Of a stretch of 59,516 nt of DNA, positions 16,701-25,312 are shown piece by piece (position 1 is the first letter of the stretch; each line of letters begins with the position of its first letter). The stretch is taken from IMG/VR virus record IMGVR_UViG_3300048837_000161, positions 1 through 59,516 of that record. One strand, written 5' to 3'. The notes below the pieces were generated by a model. That model was not told the DNA's origin. It did no database searches and saw nothing but the letters and a program-made list of their open reading frames with translations. The stretch is from a virus. Its lineage: Duplodnaviria > Caudoviricetes. Position numbers and translations under genes: made by a program.

Positions 16701-19690
16701 CCGTCCTTGAGAACGATGTCACCAAGCGCATACGCGGTCGAAGTCGTCCAGGCTCCACGAAACACGTTCCGGGTTGCGCCATCTTGCGGCTTGGTTGCGC
16801 CCTGGACGTTCGACCAGTTCGTCAGCCCGGTAAATTCCGCCCCGGTCGGCCCGATAGCAAACGGAACATATCCGCCAAGCCCCGGCATCGTCATGACGAA
16901 CTTGTCGGCCTGAACGATGAACTCGGAGGTGGCGCCCCCGTTTTGGCCTTCTGCGCCGAGCGCGATGCCCGCGATGTAGGGCTTGCCGGTTCCGCTGTCG
17001 ATCTGCGCGCGCACCATCCACGTCGAGGACACCTGCCCCGCCAGCGTAGAGCGCGTGTTGGACTCTTGGGCGAGCGCCGCGCGGATGGTCTGCCCGCCAG
17101 AGGTCAGCACCTCGGCCTCGATCTGGTTCCACTTGTACGCTTGAGCCGTCGTCCAGTTGGCAATCAGGTTCTGCCCGGACTGGCTGATTGAGGTCGAAAC
17201 CCCGGTGATCTGCGCGAGCGCGGTGTTCACTGCACTGACAATGGCGAGGTCGTTGTTCGTGCGCGTGGTCGCTTCTGATGTGATCGCGGTGTTCGCGTTG
17301 TCGATCCGGCCCGCCTGGGTGGAGATGCTTTGCGTGAGCGCAAGGTCTGCGTTTACGCGCAACCCCGTTTCGGTCGTGATCGCCGCTTCCGCATCGCCCA
17401 TGCGCCCGGACAACCCGCTGATCGCGTTCGCGTTCGCTTGATCCCCCGTTACCCGCAGCGACGCCTCTTCAACAATGTCGGCTTCAACATCACCAACTCG
17501 CCCCGATAGTGTCGATATGCTGGAGGCGAGAACGCCGTCCTGCGCCACGCGAGCGGTGCGTTCGTCGTAGATTAGGCCCGATGAAAGGGTTGCGAGTGTC
17601 GCGCCGGAAGGGTCGGTCATGCCTACGAGTTTCACCGCCAAGTTTTGGCGTGCCGTGACCTCCGTGGCGTCCGCCGACGAGCGAGCTTGCCGCTCGTCGT
17701 AGATCAGACCAGAAGTGAGGGTGGCGAGGGTTGCGCTCGACGGGTCTTGCAAGCCGGTGAGCTTCGTGGAGAGCGCCTGCCGTGCGGTCGCCTGGGTGTT
17801 ATCACCTGCTATGCGCAACGAAGCTTCCGTCGAAATGTCGGCTTCAGCGTCATCAACTCGACCGGACAGGGTGGAAATGCTGGTCGCCAGCAGCCCGTCT
17901 TGGGAGGCGCGAGCGGTGCGCTCGTCGTAGATCAAGCCCGAAGAAAGGGTTGCGAGCGTTGCAGAGGCGGGGTCCGCAAGGCCGGTGAGCTTCACTGCCA
18001 AGTTTTGGCGTGCAGTGACTTCTGTGGAGTCTGCCGACGAGCGAGCTTGCCGCTCGTCGTACAACAAGCCGGAAGAGAGGGTTGCCAACGTGGCGGATGC
18101 CGGGTCTTGCAGGCCGGTGAGCTTGGTCGAAAGTGCGCGGCGCGAGGTGGCTTCTGCGTCGATCGCAGAGGTGCGCGCAAGGGATTCTTCCAGCAGGGCG
18201 GCGGACGATGCGCCCGGTGACGGACGCCCCACGGCAACCCAGTCGACGTCATACCCGTTGCCCGCATCCTGGACGGTCGAAAGGTCGACACGTACCCGGT
18301 CAATTACCCCGGACCACGGCAGGTTGATTGTGACTAGGCCGATACCGTTGCCGTCGTAGGTCGGCTCGGAGATCGTGGTTTTGCGGGCGGAATCCCATGT
18401 CGAGTCCGCTGCCGTGCGCCACCAGAGTTCCCCGGCCCACGTCGGAGTGCCCGTTTTTCGGATGCGAAGACGAACTTGCGTGTATTGCGCGCCGTCCGCA
18501 GCGATGCCGGTCGGCGAGACGAGGTAGGGGTCGGTCGCGTTCGCGGGGCGCAGCCACCCGCCCGAGACGGTCGGCGTGCCGTTTCCGGTCCAGCCCTCAT
18601 CCCCGGAGTCGAAGTACCAAATTTTCTTGTAGTCGAACTGCTCACCGGCCCCGGCCGACAGCAGGGTGATCTGTTGCGCGAGACCTTGGTCGGCAGCGGT
18701 GCGCGCGGTGCGCTCCTGGTACAGCAGGCCGGATGTGATTGCGCTGAGATCGCCCCCCTCGTATGTTCCGCGCATCTGCGAGGCGAGCGTTTGCCGTGCG
18801 GACGCCTCTGACGAAACGGCCGTCGAGACCGTTTCAATTTCATCGCCGAGGGTGGCGAGGCTGTTGCCCACTGAGGTTTGAAGCGAGGTGACGGACTGCG
18901 CCACGGTCTCATCGCCGCTAACGCGCGCCACGCGCTCCTGGTACAGTAGTCCAGAAGGTACGGCGCCGAGATCACCCCCCTCGTACGTTCCGCGCAACTG
19001 GGCGGCAAGGGTCTGCCGTGCGGTGGCTTCCGCAGAGTCGGCGCCAGCAAGGGCGGTTAGTGTGTCTTGAATCGCGGAAATACTTCCGCCGACCGACGCA
19101 GAGAGGTTTGTGACGCTTTGTGCGATCGCGTCGTCTGCGCTTTGTCGCTCAGTCGCTTCTTGACTGATGGCCGTTCCTCGGTCCGCAGCTTCGTTCAGCA
19201 ATGCTTGCATGCGTGCCGCCGACTCGGCCTGAACGGCGGCAGCTCGGTCGATTATTTCCTGTTCCAGATCACCCACAACGGCCTGAACGGCTAGGGCGCG
19301 AGCTGTTTCCTCTGCCTGCACGGCCGCTATGCGGTCAAGAACCTCTTGTGCGATTTCGGCGGCTCGGGCTTGGCCTTCTGCCACGATGGCTGCAATCCGC
19401 TCCTGTCTCTCCTGCGCAACCGCCTGCGTCGCCTCGGTATCAACCCGCTGGATGGCTTGGGTGAGTTTGTTGTACAGCTCGGTTGAGACCAGCCACTGTT
19501 GCACGGCGGCAGGCGTGTTCCCGCCCGACATTTCCGCTGTCGCGCGAGTGAGTTGTGAGAGTGCGTATCCGGGCGACTGCGCCGTTCGCAGGATGTCAGA
19601 TACCGCCGCAGCGAACTGTCGGGTTGCCGGGTCTTGAATGGCCGTCGTTGCGGGCAGGCTGGGAGAAAGCGGGGTAATTTGTTGTGCCAT
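13775..19690 (-). CDS. Long tail fibre / host-specificity protein
   Basis: 1971 aa: coiled-coil repeats, DUF1983-like 'WMVRAQIDSG...YIAGIALG...SEFIVQADKF', CBM5/12-like 'FRGAWTTSTAYALGDIV', 'GSAGWRIYRDGNAEF', and a lower-GC C-terminal tip. Confidence 0.85.
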   Translation of the reverse strand: MAQQITPLSPSLPATTAIQDPATRQFAAAVSDILRTAQSPGYALSQLTRATAEMSGGNTPAAVQQWLVSTELYNKLTQAIQRVDTEATQAVAQERQERIAAIVAEGQARAAEIAQEVLDRIAAVQAEETARALAVQAVVGDLEQEIIDRAAAVQAESAARMQALLNEAADRGTAISQEATERQSADDAIAQSVTNLSASVGGSISAIQDTLTALAGADSAEATARQTLAAQLRGTYEGGDLGAVPSGLLYQERVARVSGDETVAQSVTSLQTSVGNSLATLGDEIETVSTAVSSEASARQTLASQMRGTYEGGDLSAITSGLLYQERTARTAADQGLAQQITLLSAGAGEQFDYKKIWYFDSGDEGWTGNGTPTVSGGWLRPANATDPYLVSPTGIAADGAQYTQVRLRIRKTGTPTWAGELWWRTAADSTWDSARKTTISEPTYDGNGIGLVTINLPWSGVIDRVRVDLSTVQDAGNGYDVDWVAVGRPSPGASSAALLEESLARTSAIDAEATSRRALSTKLTGLQDPASATLATLSSGLLYDERQARSSADSTEVTARQNLAVKLTGLADPASATLATLSSGLIYDERTARASQDGLLATSISTLSGRVDDAEADISTEASLRIAGDNTQATARQALSTKLTGLQDPSSATLATLTSGLIYDERQARSSADATEVTARQNLAVKLVGMTDPSGATLATLSSGLIYDERTARVAQDGVLASSISTLSGRVGDVEADIVEEASLRVTGDQANANAISGLSGRMGDAEAAITTETGLRVNADLALTQSISTQAGRIDNANTAITSEATTRTNNDLAIVSAVNTALAQITGVSTSISQSGQNLIANWTTAQAYKWNQIEAEVLTSGGQTIRAALAQESNTRSTLAGQVSSTWMVRAQIDSGTGKPYIAGIALGAEGQNGGATSEFIVQADKFVMTMPGLGGYVPFAIGPTGAEFTGLTNWSNVQGATKPQDGATRNVFRGAWTTSTAYALGDIVLKDGNGWSCLVAHTAASGNQPPSSGGGNTWWTLYAVKGADGANAVVAVLSNESHVVPTDSAGNNGNYSGAATTITIYNGTSNDSANWTVTATTSNVSGVLSGKTYTVSGLSADTGYVDLTATRSGYASVVKRFVLSKSKAGTAGAQGPAVVVTSSRATTFTATDGVLDGSQADIVLTASVSGVTSPTYAWAFSGLQSNPVASTTNTQTITAAQFGTAKSATVTCTVNGTYKDQVTLVRLEKSTAAAGATVGSNLADPFSTATWYPGHHTFETVTDGKVGSLVLRLNTGHSNPEQLRYIPLDRTKKYRVRFWARPQAGADGTLYFALRQYISPGVFGPGNTGLAPYKPASVTPGVHNTNFGTDAWGEYSYIWTTADWQADVTLVRPLFLRNYGGTVGYWEVQDLRFEEVTEVEAAKDSAAAANALLADIAADSKLTPVEKQSVRAEWDAIYAERTGIRTQADGFSITTEKTTYDDAFQALGTYLNAGTAYTIGATPPIWITDANLATTTTIVGSTFRANWSNLYADRQALLNKISAEAAKRADWSSVTGSGRPENGATVGANDSNYTGSRGNNLLRNSMLKDSLAGWGHALGPGCVLGEFRAAFNENGVPKGYGAIKLGFSGAASGAYESQVYCGDLAVPCAPGERMELGARVGVYRGDAQLTASFLLSDGSFTLYVPVTGGVSEATNQTAWTQNLSDLQHLWGFVTVPANAVKCYMEVRVKRTSTIAPTDFYIALPYIGKAGLAQTVYSPWNQGVFITPSEVTTWIANAALGNAQIGGDIWSSNFAAGSAGWRIYRDGNAEFRNVTARGDIEASSLKAGVAMIDALNLKGSALIIPIQISYGAKSINLPYTQGEWLSGEALRYTLSLAHGGLFKFSFTGSFYIDHWTGHANYGYGYQTKSVELWIDYVRVDYLATNLPQGESYPLSAGQITERFYWLGPGNHTISIRMWALMADGGARVACSAGSLSIQSFSTVASDV
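17460..18170 (-). repeat. Internal tail-fibre repeats (four ~40-aa units, 360-bp higher-order period)
   Basis: 'ARQxLxxKLTGLxDPxxATLATLSSGL(L/I)YDERxAR' four times; 17641-17790 aligns with 18001-18150. Confidence 0.85.
18700..19025 (-). repeat. Internal tail-fibre repeat pair (222-bp period)
   Basis: 'ARQTLAxQxRGTYEGGDLxAxxSGLLYQERxAR' twice. Confidence 0.85.
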
Positions 19691-21336
19691 TACACACCCT
19701 TCAGTTCAGCGAAAGATTGGGCAAGCGAGACTTCGCGCACGACCGCCGTGCCGGTGAGCTTCACCGACCAGCGATAGGCTGGGCCGTTGGGCGGTAGGCG
19801 AAAGTTCGTGCGCCCGGAAACGGCGACCGTCCCGCGAAGAACCCCGTCCGCGTAGACTTCGAGCGTCGCAGTGCCCACGGCATCCACCACCCCGCAGGCG
19901 AATCCAATAGGCAGCGGGAACAGCCGTTCCCCGGAACGCCACTCGTATGCAAGGTCTGTGCTCGACCCGGCGAACTCCGCGAACCCGGTTGCCGTGGTGA
20001 CGAAAAGCTGGTCGGTCGTGCCCGACACCGCAGCGTTGTAGAGGCTTTGGCCTGCATCGAGCCGGGAGTACGAACCGGCCGCTTCGTCCAGACGCAGAAT
20101 GAACGGGGTTGCGCTGGAGGCCGTTGGATAGCTCGGGTCGATCAGACCGAGCACCTTGCCGTCGTGGTGCGCCAAGCGCATGTTGAGCCGCGCAGCGCTG
20201 TACTTCTCGCGCCAGTCCTTGCGAGTGAAAAGGCTCTGCGACTCCTTCATCGACGGTTGCCCGCCGTAAACCGATACCAGTCCGTCATTGGACGCGAACA
20301 CCGCCGCGCCCTCGATGCGGCTCATTGCCGTGGAGGACCATCCGGCCTGCTCGACCGGGAGAAGCTGCTGGCTCATCTGCGTGGGGTGAGCGCCCGACAC
20401 GAGATAGCACTGCGCCTGTGTCGTCACCAGGATGCCGCCTTCGACCGCGACGATGCCGACGACCCCGTGCGGTAGCGTCATGCGGTACGGCCACGCATGA
20501 GGCCGGTACGGCTCGCTGAACACAATGTCCTTGCCCGAGCCGACTGCGAAGAAGCCGTTTCCGACGTAGGTCAGATTGTTCGGCAGCGCGGGCGGCGTGT
20601 CCCACTCGGTCGAGGTGAGGTTCGTCGTGGTCTGCGGGGCATCCGACGCGTCGGTGATACTCGCCACACCCCCGACGAGCGGTGCTGGTGTTGAATTGAC
20701 AAGGAAATATTCGGTTGCGCCCTGCACGCTTTGGTAGGTTCGATACAGGTTGATGCCAACCAAAGCTTGTTGCCCCGCTGGCGGGGAATATGTCACGGTG
20801 TAGGTGTGGGTTTGCCCTTCACCTCGGTAAACCGGCACCGGATCAGATGGAGCGGACTCCTCGCCCCACACGTTTACGGCGGTGACAACGACAAATACAC
20901 TTTCGGGGTCGCCCCCAGTCTCCGGGCCGGCCACCACCGAAGGGGTTGTGGGAATACTAACCCCTAGATCAAACGCCGCAGATGGCGGACCAGGATTGAG
21001 GTTGATTGCCGTCATCCCCACCAGCGTCGCCACCTTCAGCGTTTGCCCCTGCGTGTGGTAAATCAACCGGTTCGCAGTGTCGTCAATCGTCGGGTGCAGG
21101 TATGCCCGCGTGGGCATGTTCCAAGCGTAGAAGTTCACCCCGTCCGCCGTGAACAGCGCGCGGCAGGGTTGTGCGGTGGCGCCCACCGTGTAGTGGGTTC
21201 CTAGCGCCTTGAGTGGGCGCAGCTCGCCGTGTGCGAACTCGCAGTTGATCGCGGTCTGTGCGGCGTCCTCGGGCAGGCGGTCAGCCGGGAGGCGGGGAAT
21301 CTCGCCGTTGAACTTGCGGATGGAGAGCGTCGTCAT
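19690..21336 (-). CDS. Tail nozzle / stabilisation protein (tail tubular B-like)
   Basis: Start MTTLSIRKFNGEIPR at 21336; beta-rich 548 aa; 'IVFSEPYRPHAWP'; position in the tail block. Confidence 0.7.
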   Translation of the reverse strand: MTTLSIRKFNGEIPRLPADRLPEDAAQTAINCEFAHGELRPLKALGTHYTVGATAQPCRALFTADGVNFYAWNMPTRAYLHPTIDDTANRLIYHTQGQTLKVATLVGMTAINLNPGPPSAAFDLGVSIPTTPSVVAGPETGGDPESVFVVVTAVNVWGEESAPSDPVPVYRGEGQTHTYTVTYSPPAGQQALVGINLYRTYQSVQGATEYFLVNSTPAPLVGGVASITDASDAPQTTTNLTSTEWDTPPALPNNLTYVGNGFFAVGSGKDIVFSEPYRPHAWPYRMTLPHGVVGIVAVEGGILVTTQAQCYLVSGAHPTQMSQQLLPVEQAGWSSTAMSRIEGAAVFASNDGLVSVYGGQPSMKESQSLFTRKDWREKYSAARLNMRLAHHDGKVLGLIDPSYPTASSATPFILRLDEAAGSYSRLDAGQSLYNAAVSGTTDQLFVTTATGFAEFAGSSTDLAYEWRSGERLFPLPIGFACGVVDAVGTATLEVYADGVLRGTVAVSGRTNFRLPPNGPAYRWSVKLTGTAVVREVSLAQSFAELKGV

Positions 21337-21497
21337 CGAACCCCCCAGGCGCGCAGCCACGTCCGCTGCCACGCGAACACGATGCGCAGGTTCGTCGTCA
21401 GCACCGATTCAATCGCTTCGCTCCAGCGGCAGGCGTCATTGATCGGCTTGAAGTGCTCCGCCTTCCATGCGGCCATGTCAGTAATCTTGGCGTTCAT
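21333..21497 (-). CDS. 54-aa Trp-rich peptide with cationic amphipathic C-terminus (not in ORF track)
   Basis: MNAKITDMAAWKAEHFKPINDACRWSEAIESVLTTNLRIVFAWQRTWLRAWGVR; stop overlaps the next ATG (ATGA). Confidence 0.6.
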   Translation of the reverse strand: MNAKITDMAAWKAEHFKPINDACRWSEAIESVLTTNLRIVFAWQRTWLRAWGVR

Positions 21498-21645
21498 TGC
21501 GCGGCTCCCGGTGTCCGGTTTTCCAGCGACACCCTTCGACCATCGGCCTAGACTTCAGGCACCGATGGCTCCAGCTCGGATAGATGTACTGGCTCTGCTT
21601 GTGCGTGCACTGACGGCAGCACAGCGGTAGTTCTTGTGCGCTCAT
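21478..21645 (-). CDS. 55-aa Cys-rich small protein (not in ORF track)
   Basis: MSAQELPLCCRQCTHKQSQYIYPSWSHRCLKSRPMVEGCRWKTGHREPRNERQDY; ATGA-coupled to the endolysin stop. Confidence 0.55.
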   Translation of the reverse strand: MSAQELPLCCRQCTHKQSQYIYPSWSHRCLKSRPMVEGCRWKTGHREPRNERQDY

Positions 21646-22352
21646 GCCCACCCTTCCTTGCGCTGCTTAATGCGCTGGTAAAGGCTCACAGCGCCCGACC
21701 ACAGGACCACCAGCAGCACCCCATAGACGGGCTGGATACCCAGCGCGAGCGCTACGGCTTGCCCTGTCTCGGTCGATTCGCTCAACGTGCCCAGCACTGT
21801 CGCCAGCACGGCAGCGGTGCTCGCCTGCGCGATGGGGCTTTTCTTCAGGCTCGACTCAGGCTCGACTTCCTGCGGCATGGGCTGCGAGTCGTCCGACAGG
21901 TACAGGGCGGCTTCCCTCGCGCGGCGCGAGGTCAGACCATCGACCACCTGGAGCACGCCGTTGATGCGCGACTTGTTCCACAGCGCGAAAGCTCGCGCGG
22001 CAGACTGGCGGTCGCCTTCGTTGTGGCGTTTTAGGACGGTGGATTTTGCGAATCCAGCAAGGCCGATGTTGTAGGCAAGACTCACCATCGCGCCGAGTTC
22101 GTTCTCGGAGGCGTCGCGCTTGAGTACGCGCTGAACCCCGTCCGTGAACTCGGTCAGGTCTTCCACAAGCCATGCGTCGGCTTGTTCCTGCGTGCAGGTG
22201 TCGCCCATCTTCACGCCGCGCGTGTGGCCCCAGCCGATCGTCGGCACGCCGGCAGGGCAGCGGTACGCCTTGAGCTTGCAGCCTTCCGAGCGCGCGATCT
22301 CAGCAACAGCCTCCCATGCAATCGGCCAAGCAAGTTTTTGGTTCGGGGTCAT
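21642..22352 (-). CDS. Endolysin, GH24 lysozyme with hydrophobic C-terminal extension
   Basis: 'EGCKLKAYRCPAGVPTIGWGHT', 'VSLAYNIG', 'GLTSRRAREAALY'; C-terminal hydrophobic segments. Confidence 0.9.
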   Translation of the reverse strand: MTPNQKLAWPIAWEAVAEIARSEGCKLKAYRCPAGVPTIGWGHTRGVKMGDTCTQEQADAWLVEDLTEFTDGVQRVLKRDASENELGAMVSLAYNIGLAGFAKSTVLKRHNEGDRQSAARAFALWNKSRINGVLQVVDGLTSRRAREAALYLSDDSQPMPQEVEPESSLKKSPIAQASTAAVLATVLGTLSESTETGQAVALALGIQPVYGVLLVVLWSGAVSLYQRIKQRKEGWA

Positions 22353-22780
22353 CGCACCACCTCATTCAAATAGCGATTCAGGTCACGCAGCGTTCCGGGG
22401 TTGTAGAGTTCCGGGTTCGGAACGCCGCCTGCCTGGGCGATCCACTCCGAGCAAAACGCAGCGCCTTTGTTGTTGATGCCCCGATTGAACACTTGCGACC
22501 CGACCAGCCCGATCCAGTCGTAGGTCTGCCCTTGCGTTGCTGCGAAGTGCGCGATGATCTGGTCCGGCGTAATCCACTTACACGGCTCGATGGTCCAGTG
22601 CTCCAGCTTGGCGAGCGTCTTTCTGGAAGACTGCGAGCGCACGCCGCCGTCACGAATGGTCGACGCAAAAGTTGTGTCGCCTAACAGCAGTTCGGAGTGC
22701 GACTCCTTGCGCCCGGTCCATGCGCGGATCACCGCGTTGCCAACCGTGCCGTCCCCGACGTAGGAACAGAGATAGATCAT
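22349..22780 (-). CDS. Permuted papain-like (NlpC/P60, YiiX/DUF830-type) protein
   Basis: His motif 'ESHSELL' precedes 'YDWIG' and the Cys motif 'FCSEWIA'. Confidence 0.7.
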   Translation of the reverse strand: MIYLCSYVGDGTVGNAVIRAWTGRKESHSELLLGDTTFASTIRDGGVRSQSSRKTLAKLEHWTIEPCKWITPDQIIAHFAATQGQTYDWIGLVGSQVFNRGINNKGAAFCSEWIAQAGGVPNPELYNPGTLRDLNRYLNEVVR

Positions 22781-22822
22781 GTGCGCCTCCAGATCGCGCG
22801 CTTAGGGAGCGGGTCAGGCAGT

Positions 22823-23248
22823 TCATGGAACAACGACTTGCGCGAGCAGCGTTTCTGTCACCCAGAATGGGTGGCATTGGTGGCGAGCATACATCTCGAC
22901 GCGATCACCAGAATCAGCCTCCACGTACCACGGCCCCCAAGCCTGCGGCCCGAGCGGGCGCTTGAACTTCATGCCGAGCTTTTCGCCCCGGTACTCGATC
23001 AGCGCAATCCGTGGGATGCCGCCGTCACGCGAAATCCGCGCATAGGTCTCGATGAAATCGCAGTCGCGGCGCTTGTCCAGCGTGCCCGAGACCGTCACGC
23101 ATCCGCCGTCACAATCGGTATCGACCACCGCGAATGCGAGGACCGGCGATGCTTTGCTTTCCGCCCACGGCCCGACCAGCAGTGCGAAGACAATGGCCCC
23201 GAGCACCAGCAGCCAGTAAGGGATCGAGGCATCGACCAGTTTTCGCAT
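22823..23248 (-). CDS. Membrane-anchored protein in the lysis cassette
   Basis: N-terminal TM 'YWLLVLGAIVFALLVG', then a beta-rich Cys-containing domain; coupled to the holin. Confidence 0.55.
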   Translation of the reverse strand: MRKLVDASIPYWLLVLGAIVFALLVGPWAESKASPVLAFAVVDTDCDGGCVTVSGTLDKRRDCDFIETYARISRDGGIPRIALIEYRGEKLGMKFKRPLGPQAWGPWYVEADSGDRVEMYARHQCHPFWVTETLLAQVVVP

Positions 23249-23556
23249 CAGCGCACCCCTCTCAGAAAACGGTCGTGCATGTCCATGTAGAGCGCCAGTG
23301 CCCTTGGACCGGAGTGCGCGGACAGGCTAATAACGATGGCCGAAGGCCACCCATCAAGCCCCTGCCACTGGCACACGAAGAACGCGATGGACCCAGCGAA
23401 ACTGCACACCAACACGTCCACAACGAAATCCACCCCACGCAGAACTTCACCGTTCTTCAGGCGCTGCGCGACATGGACCGCACCGCCCCATAGGGACAGT
23501 GCGATGGCGTAGACCCACGGCAGGTATTCCTGGACCCATCCGAACCGCTCGTTCAT
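23248..23556 (-). CDS. Holin (LydA/Phage_holin_3-like)
   Basis: 102 aa, about 3 TM segments ('LSLWGGAV', 'DVLVCSFAGSIAFFVC', 'ISLSAHSGPRAL'), upstream of the endolysin. Confidence 0.75.
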   Translation of the reverse strand: MNERFGWVQEYLPWVYAIALSLWGGAVHVAQRLKNGEVLRGVDFVVDVLVCSFAGSIAFFVCQWQGLDGWPSAIVISLSAHSGPRALALYMDMHDRFLRGVR

Positions 23557-24239
23557 CCTGCGCCCCTTACGTTGGGGTTCGTGCCGGCACTGTTGCGATT
23601 CACGTCGGCGGCTTGCTCGGCTGCGGTGCGCGCGGTCATTTGCGCGTTGAAGGCTTGGTAGTACGCCACCGCAAGGTTCGCGTTAGCGACGTATTCGGCA
23701 TCTTTCGAGTAGCAGCGGTACAGCGTGTAGTTGACGATCGCAGGCACCCACGTGCCGTCCAGATCGAGCGTGCCGTTCTCGGTGGCGTTGGCCGGCTCGG
23801 CCGAATACACCACCTCCAGCGAACCAGTGCCGCTCGAAGGCTGCGGCGGATAGACGTAGAAGACCTTCTGGTTCTGCGGGTCGAACGTGTAGTGCTTGAC
23901 CTCGGCGCTCGCCGTGGAGGCGTGCCAGCCTGGGAGCTGGGCGTCCAGAATCTCGCGGGTCACGGCGCGCGGCGCGGTGCCTGCCGTGGCGCCACCCACA
24001 CCCATGTTGCGAACGATGTCGATCAGGGTTGTGCCGTCCGCAGGGATGCCCTGTTTGGTCCCGGCAACCAGATTCACCACGCTCGTCTTGACGCAGGCGT
24101 CAGGCTTGAAAAAGCACACCTCCCGCGCGGCGTCGGTGATGTACTGGAGTTTTTCGGCCAGCGGCCAGCGGATATGCGTCGTGTCTTGCAGGAGCTGCGA
24201 CACCCGCGTGACGACGTCGTTGACTTGGATTGCAGCCAT
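23553..24239 (-). CDS. Head-to-tail adaptor (DUF6682-like)
   Basis: 'VSQLLQDTTHIRWPLAEKLQYITDA', 'FYVYPP', 'AIVNYTLYRCYSKDAEY'. Confidence 0.7.
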   Translation of the reverse strand: MAAIQVNDVVTRVSQLLQDTTHIRWPLAEKLQYITDAAREVCFFKPDACVKTSVVNLVAGTKQGIPADGTTLIDIVRNMGVGGATAGTAPRAVTREILDAQLPGWHASTASAEVKHYTFDPQNQKVFYVYPPQPSSGTGSLEVVYSAEPANATENGTLDLDGTWVPAIVNYTLYRCYSKDAEYVANANLAVAYYQAFNAQMTARTAAEQAADVNRNSAGTNPNVRGAG

Positions 24240-24247
24240 GCGCTACC

Positions 24248-24883
24248 TCAAACAAAAGCGCGGGGCTCAACCCGCAAATTGGCCCTGGAGAACCCCTTGT
24301 TGCGCTCGACCGCCGCCGCGTTCACCCCTGCGTTGAACCGCCCGGTGTAGTAGATCGCCGCCTGCGGGTCGTAGAACGCGTGCCCCATCATGGCTTTGAG
24401 TCGTGAGAGCGTGCCGTGCTTGATGACCTCAAAGTGCTGGTCGTAGATCGCATCTGGGACGACCCCGTCCGTGCGGGTCGGGGCATACGCCACGGTGGCG
24501 GTCAGTGTGCCGGTCGCATCCGGTACGGGGGTGAGGCGGAAGGTCTCTGGGTTCACCACGACAAAACCGACCGGGCTACCCTGCACGGTGCGCCACTGCG
24601 GCAACGCGCGTTCGACTTGCTCAAGGGTCAGGGGTGGCAGGGTGCCCTCCCCGTCGATGTTGACGCTCACGATCTGCACGATCTGGCGTCCGGTTGGGGC
24701 GGATAGTGCGTACTCCGCAACCCCCTCGGTAAGCGTCACCGGATCAGCCTCTTCCTGCCAGTACAGGCTCTTGCGACAGAACTCGATGACGGCCGTGCGC
24801 ACCGCCGACAGAATCAGCGGATTGGACGCGCCGGAACACTCCACCGCGATGTCCGGGATGAAGGTCTCAAGCGCGACCGTCAT
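24248..24883 (-). CDS. Head-tail connector / adaptor protein
   Basis: 'AVRTAVIEFCRKSLYWQ', 'VAYAPTR'; lies between capsid and tail genes. Confidence 0.6.
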   Translation of the reverse strand: MTVALETFIPDIAVECSGASNPLILSAVRTAVIEFCRKSLYWQEEADPVTLTEGVAEYALSAPTGRQIVQIVSVNIDGEGTLPPLTLEQVERALPQWRTVQGSPVGFVVVNPETFRLTPVPDATGTLTATVAYAPTRTDGVVPDAIYDQHFEVIKHGTLSRLKAMMGHAFYDPQAAIYYTGRFNAGVNAAAVERNKGFSRANLRVEPRAFV

Positions 24884-24885
24884 GC

Positions 24886-25188
24886 TTATTCACCCACGTC
24901 CAGGTCGTCGAGAAAGTCCGGGATTTCGCCCAGATCGTCGGCCTCGACTTCGGGCACTTCGACCGGCGCGGCCTTTTTAGCACGGGGCTTGCGGGTCGGC
25001 TTCTCGACCTCTACTTCGACAGGTGTCTGGGCTGCGTCGGCGAAGAACGCTTCGCCTTCGTGGGTCAGGTAGACCTGACCGCTGACGACCTCGGCCAGCA
25101 CGACGTGCTTGCGGTCGACAACGGCGATGAATTTGGGGAAGCAGTTCTGAACGCGCGGGTCGTCGTTCAGCTTGTCGTAGAGACTCAT
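24886..25188 (-). CDS. Small acidic hypothetical virion-associated protein
   Basis: Probable start ATG 25188 (MSLYDKLND) after a GGAG RBS; the upstream extension in the ORF track runs through the capsid terminator. Confidence 0.6.
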   Translation of the reverse strand: MSLYDKLNDDPRVQNCFPKFIAVVDRKHVVLAEVVSGQVYLTHEGEAFFADAAQTPVEVEVEKPTRKPRAKKAAPVEVPEVEADDLGEIPDFLDDLDVGE

Positions 25189-25229
25189 GTGGGGCTCCGA
25201 AATGGGGCTTTGCGCTTGTCCGAATATAC

Positions 25230-25245
25230 TGTTTAGGCGTAAGCG
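25230..25245. promoter_or_regulatory. 16-bp site (one terminal mismatch)
   Basis: TGTTTAGGCGTAAGCG, just downstream of the capsid terminator. Confidence 0.5.
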
Positions 25246-25260
25246 GGTCAATGGGCTGCA

Positions 25261-25289
25261 AAAACAAAACAGGGGCCGAAGCCCCTGTT
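25261..25289 (-). terminator. Rho-independent terminator after the major capsid gene
   Basis: Minus strand AACAGGGGC-TTCG-GCCCCTGTTTTGTTTT. Confidence 0.88.
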
Positions 25290-25294
25290 CCACG

Positions 25295-25310
25295 TGTTAC
25301 GGTCGTAGCA
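25295..25310. promoter_or_regulatory. 16-bp TGYT-N8-ARCA site
   Basis: TGTTACGGTCGTAGCA, 2 nt from the capsid stop codon. Confidence 0.6.
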
Positions 25311-25312
25311 CG

